Both the position numbers and the translations under genes were made by a program. A model generated the notes under the pieces. The model had not been told where the DNA came from and did no database searches. It saw nothing but the letters and a program-made list of their open reading frames with translations. A stretch of 64,000 bases of DNA. Source: Actinomycetota bacterium. Its GTDB lineage: Bacteria; Actinomycetota; CADDZG01; WHSQ01. The stretch spans positions 28,526 to 92,525 of the forward strand of contig DATLNM010000037.1 of NCBI GenBank assembly GCA_035536775.1, written 5' to 3'. Shown here piece by piece: positions 54,607 through 62,635 of the stretch (position 1 is the first letter of the stretch; each line of letters starts with the position of its first letter).

Positions 54607-55595
54607 GCGTCCGTCTCCTCGATTCCCCGTTGGATGACGTCGGCGAGCACCTCGATGTCGGGGAGCCCGAGTCCGGCAGAGAACAGATACGGCAGCTCGA
54701 CGACGGGTGCCTCGGTCTTGGCCTTGAGCTTTTTCAGGTGTCGGGACTGGATCTTGCGACGCGCCGTCAGGAACCGCGCGTAACCGATCAGTCCGTCGAT
54801 GTCTTCCTCCTCGAGCTCGACGCCCACGGCCTTAGCCGCAACGGCTAGCTCTCCATCGAGCTCCCCGCGCTTCGCCAACCGCGATTCCTCGGTGGGGGTG
54901 AACAGACGCGTATAGACGGCGTTGGCGAACACCATGCCTTCGTTGAGCCCAACCGAGGTCCTCAGTGCTTCAGAGGTCTCGATCGTCTCGGTCACCGGCA
55001 TCTCTTCGGCGAGTGTCACGAGATGTACGCGTGTGCGCGCTGGGTCGCGCAACATCTCGATCATCCAGTCGGACTGCTTCCTCACGGGACCGACGCGGAG
55101 CGCGTCGGAGAGCCCCATCGGTGCGGAGAGGAAGGTCAGCATGTGACCTGCAGCCGGCGCGTCGAGGATGATCGTGTCGAACCGGTGTCCGGCCGCTCCG
55201 GCCTTTCCTTCTTCGAGGTACCAGACCTTGCCGAGGACGAGGATGTCCTTTAGCCCCGGGGCCGCGGTGGTGACGTAGTCGACGAAGTGTGTGCTCGTGA
55301 AGACCTTAGAGATCCGGCGCATGTGGTACTGGACGCGGAGGTATTCCTCCATCGCCTCCTCGGGGGTGATCTTGAGTCCCCACACCCCTGGGGACATCTC
55401 CTTGGGGGTGAAGCCCGGATGCGCCCCGCCGAAGAGCTTCGGGAGGGTCCCTTTCTGATCGACCTCGGCGATGCATACCTTGCGGCCACCCCGAGCCGCG
55501 AGGACGGCCAAAGCGGCGGCCACGGTCGTCTTCCCTACGCCTCCTTTTCCGGAGACGATGAGGATCTTGGGCGCGAAGAACTCATCCAGCGTCAC
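54603..55595 (-). CDS. ArsA/Get3-family P-loop ATPase (first of a pair)
   Basis: ILIVSGKGGVGKTTVAAALAVLAA, TIILDAPAAGH. The pair arrangement matches M. tuberculosis Rv3679/Rv3680. Confidence 0.88.
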   Translation of the reverse strand: MTLDEFFAPKILIVSGKGGVGKTTVAAALAVLAARGGRKVCIAEVDQKGTLPKLFGGAHPGFTPKEMSPGVWGLKITPEEAMEEYLRVQYHMRRISKVFTSTHFVDYVTTAAPGLKDILVLGKVWYLEEGKAGAAGHRFDTIILDAPAAGHMLTFLSAPMGLSDALRVGPVRKQSDWMIEMLRDPARTRVHLVTLAEEMPVTETIETSEALRTSVGLNEGMVFANAVYTRLFTPTEESRLAKRGELDGELAVAAKAVGVELEEEDIDGLIGYARFLTARRKIQSRHLKKLKAKTEAPVVELPYLFSAGLGLPDIEVLADVIQRGIEETDA

Positions 55596-55671
55596 CGCCC
55601 AGTTCTATCCCACATCGCCGGTTCTACCCCCCAGTGCTCCGTCTCGGGTGACGCGTGGGAACATCGGCCCG

Positions 55672-56997
55672 ATGAGGAAGCTCAGATCATTCATCGTGCT
55701 GGTGGGCCTCGCTGCAATAGTGCTGGGGTCGGGCGCGATGGCTCAGGGGTCGTCGCCCATCGTCGATCTCGTCGAGGTTCGGGGCCTCATCGACGCGCCC
55801 ACGGCGGATTACATGTCGACGCGGCTGGAGGCCGCGGCTGAGTCATCCGACGTCATCGTCATTCAGCTCGACACGCCCGGCGGCCTCGACGTACCGATGC
55901 GATCGATCATCCAGGAGATGCTGGACTCGCCTATCCCAGTCGTCGTGTGGATCGCGCCTCGTGGAGCGCGCGCTGCGTCGGCGGGTGTCTTCATCACCTA
56001 CGCCGCCGACCTCGCGTTCATGGCAGCGACGACCGAGATCGGAGCTGCCACACCGGTCAACCTCGGTGGTCGTCTCGATCCAACGCTGGCTCGCAAGGTG
56101 ACCGAGGATGCGGCGGCTTTCCTAGGCGAGCTCGCACGTACCAACCGGCGTGACGAGACGTTCGCGGCCGAGGCAGTCCGTGATGCGACATCGATCGGCG
56201 TCACCGAGGCCGTGGAGCGCGGGGTCGTCGACGGTCAAGCGTCTTCGCTCGAGGATCTGTTGCGCGCTATGGACGGACGCTCGATCTCTATCGAAGGCGA
56301 TATGGCCGAGACGGTCATCGAATCATGGGACGAGGAGCGAGGCGTTCCGAGCGCGACGGTGCGCTTCCAACAGATGAATCTGTTGCAGAGGTTGCTGCAC
56401 GCGATCACCGATCCTGAGGTCGCGTTCTTCCTGGTGCTGATCGGTGCGTTCGGAATCATCTTCGAGCTCTACAACCCTGGCATCGGGCTCGCCGGGATGC
56501 TCGGTGGCGTCGGGATACTGATGGGGTTCTATGCACTGAGCGCGTTGCCGACGAACTGGGCTGCCGCTGCACTGGTGGTGCTTGGAGTCGCTCTCTTCCT
56601 GGTCGACCTCCACATCGCGGGACTTGGTGTGTGGACCGCGGGTGGCGTGGTTGCTCTCGTCTCGGGTGGCTTGTTGCTGTTCTCGGGCGCGCCCGATGTA
56701 TTGCGTCTCAGTCCGATCTCTATCGCGGTTGCGGTCGTTGTGACGCTGCTGTTCTTCATCTCTGTGATGACCGCCGCGTTACGGGTGCGCCTGCGTCGTC
56801 CGATCACGGGCGAGGAAGGCATCGTCGGCACGATCGGTGAGGCGACGACCGATATCGCGCCGGAGGGCACGGTCATGACCAAGGGGACGCTGTGGCGCGC
56901 TCGCACGATGGAGACTGGGATCGCGGCTGGTTCCAAGGTTCAGGTCAAGGCGACCGAAGGCCTCGTTCTCCTGGTCGAGCCTCTCCACGACGAGTAG
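55672..56997 (+). CDS. NfeD family membrane-bound ClpP-class serine protease
   Basis: ATG 55672 gives signal peptide MRKLRSFIVLVGLAAIVLGSGAMA. VIQLDTPGGL, ARAASAGVFI, central TM bundle, C-terminal OB domain (TLWRARTMETGIAAGSKVQV). Confidence 0.88.
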   Translation: MRKLRSFIVLVGLAAIVLGSGAMAQGSSPIVDLVEVRGLIDAPTADYMSTRLEAAAESSDVIVIQLDTPGGLDVPMRSIIQEMLDSPIPVVVWIAPRGARAASAGVFITYAADLAFMAATTEIGAATPVNLGGRLDPTLARKVTEDAAAFLGELARTNRRDETFAAEAVRDATSIGVTEAVERGVVDGQASSLEDLLRAMDGRSISIEGDMAETVIESWDEERGVPSATVRFQQMNLLQRLLHAITDPEVAFFLVLIGAFGIIFELYNPGIGLAGMLGGVGILMGFYALSALPTNWAAAALVVLGVALFLVDLHIAGLGVWTAGGVVALVSGGLLLFSGAPDVLRLSPISIAVAVVVTLLFFISVMTAALRVRLRRPITGEEGIVGTIGEATTDIAPEGTVMTKGTLWRARTMETGIAAGSKVQVKATEGLVLLVEPLHDE

Positions 56998-57079
56998 CCA
57001 CCGGTTCGGCAGCAACGAGGATTTGTCCCTCCGGATGCCCGCCTACTAAGGTTGCTTGCCGGCACGAGAAGGAGGACAC

Positions 57080-57997
57080 ATGAACTTCGCGATCCTCGGA
57101 TTTGTGGTCTTCATATTCATCATCTTCTTGGCGACCGCGGTCCGAGTCGTGCAGGAGTACGAGCGAGGTGTGATCTTCCGCTTGGGACGCGTTATCCCCG
57201 AGCCGAAGGGCCCCGGGCTCTTTTTCCTGGTGCCATTCATCGACAGGATGGTGAAGGTCAACCTTCAGATCGTGACGCTCGACGTCCCTCCACAGGACGT
57301 CATCACCAAGGACAACGTAACGGTGCGCGTGAACGCGGTCTGTTACTTCCAGGTGTTTCAACCGGTCAAGGCGATCGTCGAGGTCGAGAACTACCTCTAC
57401 GCAACCTCACAGATCGCGCAGACGACGCTGCGGGCGATCTTGTGCAAGGTCGATCTCGATCAGATCCTCACCGAACGCGACAACCTCAACCAGGAGCTGC
57501 AGCGGATCATCGACGGACTCACCGATCCTTGGGGGGTCAAGGTCGCGCTCGTCGAGATCAAGGATGTGGACCTTCCGGTCGAGATGCAGCGCGCCATGGC
57601 CAAGCAGGCTGAAGCCGAGCGCGAGCGACGCGCCAAGATCATCAACGCTGAAGGTGAGTTCCAAGCTTCGGAGCGACTTGCCCAGGCAGCCGAGGTCATC
57701 GCTCGGCACCCGATCGCATACCAGCTGCGCTACCTGCAGACGGTCACCGAGGTCGCGGTCGAGAAGAACTCGACACTGGTGATCCCGATACCGATCGAGA
57801 TGCTCGGACCGTTCCAGGCTGCGTTCGGGAAGGACCTCAGCGCGTTCGACGTCGGTCCTGCGGTGCCGGGCGTGCCGGCGCCTGCTGCGCAACCGACCTC
57901 TTCAGGTCCTCCAGCCACGAAACCGGCTCCCGCCAGTCAGCCTGCCCCCGCGAGCCAACCTGCACCTGCGAGCCAGCCTCCGCCCTCGACGTCTTAG
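57080..57997 (+). CDS. SPFH/band 7 (stomatin/slipin-like) protein with Pro/Ala/Ser/Gln-rich repeat tail
   Basis: RBS gaaggagga then ATG 57080. [54 protein letters not shown]. Confidence 0.92.
   Translation: MNFAILGFVVFIFIIFLATAVRVVQEYERGVIFRLGRVIPEPKGPGLFFLVPFIDRMVKVNLQIVTLDVPPQDVITKDNVTVRVNAVCYFQVFQPVKAIVEVENYLYATSQIAQTTLRAILCKVDLDQILTERDNLNQELQRIIDGLTDPWGVKVALVEIKDVDLPVEMQRAMAKQAEAERERRAKIINAEGEFQASERLAQAAEVIARHPIAYQLRYLQTVTEVAVEKNSTLVIPIPIEMLGPFQAAFGKDLSAFDVGPAVPGVPAPAAQPTSSGPPATKPAPASQPAPASQPAPASQPPPSTS
57923..57976 (+). repeat. Three tandem 18-nt repeats encoding PAPASQ
   Basis: ccggctcccgccagtcag cctgcccccgcgagccaa cctgcacctgcgagccag, read directly from the sequence. Confidence 0.8.
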
Positions 57998-58012
57998 GGC
58001 GCGAGGGGCGTC

Positions 58013-58549
58013 CTAGCGGACAACCTCGAAGGCTTCGGGGAGCTTTAGCGTCCCGACCTCCCAGATGACTGCGCACCGCTGGGGGTCCTCGTGAACGAGT
58101 TTCTTCGCGAGGCCCCACGCGGATGCTGAGCCCGGCTTCACGTAGCGCGGGATCTTGACGGGGATGCGGGCGATGCCACCTTGCCCGGTGATTCCCCCGC
58201 CAGAGAGGAAGACGTCGTTCGAACCAGCCACCACGCCGATCGACATCGAGACGCCGGGGGCGGGCTCGCGGTCGGGCTGGATCGGAAGCGGTATCCCCAG
58301 GCCGAGCGGATCGTGCTCGGCGGGGCGCGACACCTTCACGACGAAGGTGACCGTCTCACCCACGCGATAGGTCGCCCGCAACGGCTCGTCCAGCTCCACG
58401 TGAAGGGTCCAAAGGTAGTAGTCGTTGAAGCCGCAATGAGGAGCGGGGGCGGGCGCTGCCGCCGGTGCTGCGGGGGCCGCTGAGGGAACGAGGGCGAGAG
58501 CTGATGCGAGCGCTGCAGCGAGACAAGCAGAGAGGATGCGCCGCCTCAT
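58013..58549 (-). CDS. Secreted protein, unknown function (paralogue B of a tandem pair)
   Basis: Ala/Pro-rich signal region. Conserved core TYRVGETVTFVVKVSRPAEHDPLGLGIPLP. Two Cys are conserved with its neighbour. Confidence 0.6.
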   Translation of the reverse strand: MRRRILSACLAAALASALALVPSAAPAAPAAAPAPAPHCGFNDYYLWTLHVELDEPLRATYRVGETVTFVVKVSRPAEHDPLGLGIPLPIQPDREPAPGVSMSIGVVAGSNDVFLSGGGITGQGGIARIPVKIPRYVKPGSASAWGLAKKLVHEDPQRCAVIWEVGTLKLPEAFEVVR

Positions 58550-58621
58550 ACCGTGCTCCTAGCCCGTTGGCGTGACAAACCCTAGGTTACCCGCCGCGGG
58601 CCTCAGACCTGCAGAAGCGAG

Positions 58622-59149
58622 TTACTTGATCACCTTGAAGGCGTCGGGCATCGGGCGATAGCCGATCTCGTCGATGACGAGGCACGGGCTGTCTGCGACG
58701 TTCTTCTTTGCGAATGCCCTTGCTTGGGCCATCCCTGCCGGCGTGTAGGACTTCAGCTTGACCTTGATCGAGGACTTGCCCTCCGTGTCGGTGACACCGA
58801 GGCCAAAGAGGTAGACGTCGTCAATGATGAGGCCCACTCCGATGCTGACCCCCTCCGCGGGCTCGGACTGCGGCGGGTCGACCGGGATGCCGTTACCAAG
58901 AGGGTCCTCGTGCGCTGGGCGAGTGACGGTCATGTTGAAGATGGCCGTCTGTCCGACACGGTAGGTCTTCTTGGGGATCTGGACATCGACGTAGAAAGTG
59001 CGCAGCTGGACGATCTCCATCCCGCCGCTCGCGCCGCAGGGCAGTGGTGCCGACGCCGGAGCCGGAGTCGCAGAGGCCGGGACAGCGAGCGCGCCGATGA
59101 GCAGGCAGGCTGCAGCCACGCTCCCAAGCATCCTTCTGATCTCGATCAC
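58622..59149 (-). CDS. Secreted protein, unknown function (paralogue A of a tandem pair)
   Basis: Signal peptide MLGSVAAACLLIGALAVPASA. Core TYRVGQTAIFNMTVTRPAHEDPLGNGIPVD. C-terminus PDAFKVIK versus PEAFEVVR in the paralogue. Confidence 0.6.
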   Translation of the reverse strand: MIEIRRMLGSVAAACLLIGALAVPASATPAPASAPLPCGASGGMEIVQLRTFYVDVQIPKKTYRVGQTAIFNMTVTRPAHEDPLGNGIPVDPPQSEPAEGVSIGVGLIIDDVYLFGLGVTDTEGKSSIKVKLKSYTPAGMAQARAFAKKNVADSPCLVIDEIGYRPMPDAFKVIK

Positions 59150-59174
59150 TCGAACCTCTGTCTCCCTCGAACGG

Positions 59175-61061
59175 TTAGTGGCCGTGGCCCGTGCCCGCGA
59201 ACAGGTCGTGCACGTTCGCCGGAGCGTTGACTATCGGCAGGATAAGCCTCGTCTTTGATTCCTCCCAGTGGACGCGGAAAGTCAGGCAGTCGTCCTCGCT
59301 GCCGGTCGCGGTCGGCGCGTTGGGGTCTGGTGGCACCGCCGGGCCCGGCGGCTTGTCGCAGCCCGGGTACAGCTTGGGGACCATCCACTCGTTGATCTCG
59401 GTCTGGAGGTTGATCCCGATGTAGTGGCCCTTCTTGAAGGTGTAGTCCTGCGGCTTCGCAACGACCTTCGCCTTGAACGGCTCGCCTGGGACGATCTCCT
59501 CTTGGGTCGCCAGGCTGTTGCGGTAGCGCGAGTCGAGGAACCCTCGGGTCACCCCGACCATGGCGTGCGAGCACGTCTCGGGGGCGTCCGGGGGACAGGT
59601 GACCACATGGTTGGGGCCAACGCTCACATGCTCTGAGGGGTCGACGTCGGCGATCGTCGGCGTGAGCGTGATCCATTTGCGCTGGATGCTCGAGTACATC
59701 TTCACCTTGATCTGGCCAAAGATACGTGTGTCCTCCTTGAGGACGGGCGTCTCGAACCAGAACCAGTCGTGGTTGCTCCGGGCGTGGTGGAGAGCATGCG
59801 CTTCCGTGTTGGCGAAAGCCGAGGTGAACGTCGCCGTGGTCGCTTCGCCGAACGCGGTCAGGATCTTCATGTTGGGCTCGTCGGGCAGCATCTGCCATTG
59901 CCAGTCCTCGATCTGTGTAGCGATGGTCTGTTGCGCGATGAGCTCGACATTGGTGACATTCGGTGCCTTCTTGTGACGGAACCACCTACCCGGACCGTCG
60001 GCATCCGAGGTCTGCGTGACGATCGCCGCCATGTTTTCGACGCCGTTGTCGATCCCCATCAGGTAGTGGTCGAACCAGGCGCGCACCGTGTTGGCGTAAT
60101 GCTCGGCCGAAGGCGCACCGTGGCCTTCCCACCTCGTGCCCATGTAGAGGACGCGCTTCTCGGAGTTCTTCAGCGCCTTGAACCAGTTCCAGCTCTCTTC
60201 CTGCTTGACGTTCCAGTCACCCCAGTTCGATGCAACCAGGACCGGGATCGTCACTTTCTTGGCGTGGCGCAGGTAGTCGCGCTCGATCCAGAACTCGTCG
60301 TAGTCGGGGGTGTCGTCGTAGCCGTGCTGCGTATGGGAGATCTCGTCACAAGGCGTGATCGTTGATGCGACGCGGTCCTGCCATCCCGGTCCGGCAGGGT
60401 CTGTAGGCGGTGGAACCGCGAGGCCACCGTCGAACAACAGCGGCGTGTCGATTCCCTCGTCGGCGACCGCACCCGGTCCCTGTGGGCCGAGCGCCTCGTT
60501 ATTCAAGGAATACCGGATCCCGCCCGAATAGGCGTAGCCGTACCAGCGCGAGATGGCGGCTTCGGGAACGATCGTCGTTAGATGCGGCGGTCGCATGACT
60601 GCGGCGGCGTTGGCGGTCGTGCCGTTATACGACCCACCGATCATGCCGACCTTGCCGGTCGACCAGTCTTGCTTGGCGACCCACTCGACGAGGTCGTACG
60701 CGCTTTCCTTCTCGCGGATGCCGCCGTAGTCCCAGCATCCGCCGGAGTTCCCGGTCCCGACGACGTCGGCGAAGACGCGGACGTAACCGGCGCTGACGTA
60801 GTCCTCCCAGCCGGCTGTGCGTCCTCCGGGGCTGAGGATCGAGTAAGGGGAGTACGTGAGGATGGCGGGGCCCTTGACCATTTTGGTTCCGTCCACGGGC
60901 CGAGCGACCTCGACGAAGACGTCTCCGTGGCGGGTCTCGACGACGTGGCTCTCGGTGACGATCTCGAAGGCCGCGGCGGTAGCCGGGGTCACCGGGACGA
61001 CGAACAGACCGGCCGCGACGGCTCCGAGGAGGGTCAGGGCGGTCTTGCGGGTGCGGCGCAC
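59175..61061 (-). CDS. Secreted CocE/NonD family hydrolase (peptidase S15, Xaa-Pro dipeptidyl-peptidase-like)
   Basis: Signal peptide. Nucleophile elbow MIGGSYNG. Alpha/beta-hydrolase N-terminal part plus a C-terminal jelly-roll domain. Confidence 0.85.
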   Translation of the reverse strand: MRRTRKTALTLLGAVAAGLFVVPVTPATAAAFEIVTESHVVETRHGDVFVEVARPVDGTKMVKGPAILTYSPYSILSPGGRTAGWEDYVSAGYVRVFADVVGTGNSGGCWDYGGIREKESAYDLVEWVAKQDWSTGKVGMIGGSYNGTTANAAAVMRPPHLTTIVPEAAISRWYGYAYSGGIRYSLNNEALGPQGPGAVADEGIDTPLLFDGGLAVPPPTDPAGPGWQDRVASTITPCDEISHTQHGYDDTPDYDEFWIERDYLRHAKKVTIPVLVASNWGDWNVKQEESWNWFKALKNSEKRVLYMGTRWEGHGAPSAEHYANTVRAWFDHYLMGIDNGVENMAAIVTQTSDADGPGRWFRHKKAPNVTNVELIAQQTIATQIEDWQWQMLPDEPNMKILTAFGEATTATFTSAFANTEAHALHHARSNHDWFWFETPVLKEDTRIFGQIKVKMYSSIQRKWITLTPTIADVDPSEHVSVGPNHVVTCPPDAPETCSHAMVGVTRGFLDSRYRNSLATQEEIVPGEPFKAKVVAKPQDYTFKKGHYIGINLQTEINEWMVPKLYPGCDKPPGPAVPPDPNAPTATGSEDDCLTFRVHWEESKTRLILPIVNAPANVHDLFAGTGHGH

Positions 61062-61230
61062 TCGGGCTCCTTTTTCTAGCCGACGTTCTCAGATCAGACG
61101 TCGATCGAGTCGGTTCGAACGTCCGCGCCCGTGCGGATGTTCTTGGGTTCGTTTTTCCTGCGTCCAGCCTTAGTACTGTTCTCCCCACGGTGGGTCACTC
61201 CTCCCACCGCCGCCGAGCCGGGGGGCCTCG

Positions 61231-62421
61231 TTGAACATCGCTTTCAGCCCGTCTGAGAAACCCACACTGGGTGTGGAGATCGAAGTACAGGTCGTGGACG
61301 AGGCGGGAGCGCTCGCCACAGATACCGCCGCCACCAAGATCCTCGCCGAGCTCGGGGAGGGCCCGGGTTACAAACACGAGCTCCTCGAATGCACCATCGA
61401 GGTCATAACGGGCGTGTGCGCCAACGTCGACGAAGCCCGCCGGGACCTCCAGAGCAAGCTCGATCGCCTCGTCGAGGTCGCTGAGGGTCAGGGCTACAGG
61501 ATCCTGTGCACCGGGACGCACCCGTTCTCTTCCTGGGCGGATCAGACGGTCTCGCCCGATCCTCGCTACTACCGCTTGATCGAGAACTGTCAATGGACGG
61601 CCCGCCGGCTCCTCATATTCGGGGTCCACACCCACGTCGGGGTCGGATCGGGCGAAGAGGCGATCGCCATCTCCAACAGCCTTGCGACGTTCATTCCGCA
61701 CTTCCTCGCGCTGTCGTCCTCGAGTCCGTTCTGGCAGGGTCGGGACACGGGCCTTGCGTCCGTTCGCTCCAAGATCTTCGAGTCGCTGCCCACTGCGGGG
61801 CTCCCCTACATGATGGAGAACTGGGGGCAGTTCCAGCGGTTCATGCGCACGCTCATCGGCGCGGGCACGATCCGCAGCATCCGAGAGGTGTGGTGGGACA
61901 TCAGGCCCCACCCGACGTTCGGAACGCTCGAGCTGCGGATCTGTGACGGCATCCCCACCATGGATGAGCTGTGTGCGATCGTCGCGCTGTCCCAATCGCT
62001 TGTGGTGTGGATGTCCGACCGTTACAACTCAGGGCTCGAGCTTCCTAAGCACCAAGCGTGGACCATCCGTGAGAACAAGTGGCGCGCGGCGCGCTACGGC
62101 CTCGAAGCCGAGATCATCCGCGACGAGGAAGGAAACCTGCTGTCGCTGAGGCGGTCTCTCGACGATCTCGTCGAGACGCTATGTCCCGTCGCGGAGCGGC
62201 TTGGGTGCTTGGAAGACCTTCGGCGCATCGAGGAGATCCTCGAGCGTGGAACATCCGCGACGAGACAGCGTGAGGTCCATGGGAGGACCCGTGACCTGTC
62301 GAAGGTCGTCGATTCGCTGGTCGAGGAGCTTCGCAACGGGAAGCCCTCTCCTCTGCCCCCCGGGGACCTCGTCGGAGGGACGGTCGTTCACGGTCATCCC
62401 CTCGCAGGAGAAGCCGGCTAG
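61231..62421 (+). CDS. Carboxylate-amine ligase, glutamate-cysteine ligase family 2 (YbdK-like)
   Basis: TTG start. FSPSEKPTLGVEIEVQVVD, CTIEVITGVC, GTHPF, WWDIRPHPTFGTLELRICD. Confidence 0.88.
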   Translation: MNIAFSPSEKPTLGVEIEVQVVDEAGALATDTAATKILAELGEGPGYKHELLECTIEVITGVCANVDEARRDLQSKLDRLVEVAEGQGYRILCTGTHPFSSWADQTVSPDPRYYRLIENCQWTARRLLIFGVHTHVGVGSGEEAIAISNSLATFIPHFLALSSSSPFWQGRDTGLASVRSKIFESLPTAGLPYMMENWGQFQRFMRTLIGAGTIRSIREVWWDIRPHPTFGTLELRICDGIPTMDELCAIVALSQSLVVWMSDRYNSGLELPKHQAWTIRENKWRAARYGLEAEIIRDEEGNLLSLRRSLDDLVETLCPVAERLGCLEDLRRIEEILERGTSATRQREVHGRTRDLSKVVDSLVEELRNGKPSPLPPGDLVGGTVVHGHPLAGEAG

Positions 62422-62621
62422 AGACGGCTGGGTCGAGGGGACATGGCGTGGCCGATGTGCCACCCGCCGCAGAACGCGCACGGATAGGCCTCGAGATCGG
62501 TCTCGCCGCTCTCTGAGCGCCGGTGCGCGGCCATCTCTTTAGCGGCTTTGCCGGTCGCGTAACGCTTCTTCGCGTTGCACGACTTCTCTCGATGCGTAGG
62601 TGGGAGAGGAGGCGGCATCAA
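62418..62621 (-). CDS. Small basic protein with a C...CxxC/His zinc-ribbon-like arrangement, unknown function
   Basis: SCNAKKRYATGKAAKEMA...YPCAFCGGWHIGH. No clear RBS. ATG 62618 is an alternative start. 14 nt downstream of selB. Confidence 0.45.
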   Translation of the reverse strand: MMPPPLPPTHREKSCNAKKRYATGKAAKEMAAHRRSESGETDLEAYPCAFCGGWHIGHAMSPRPSRL

Positions 62622-62635
62622 TCCAGGATAGGCCC

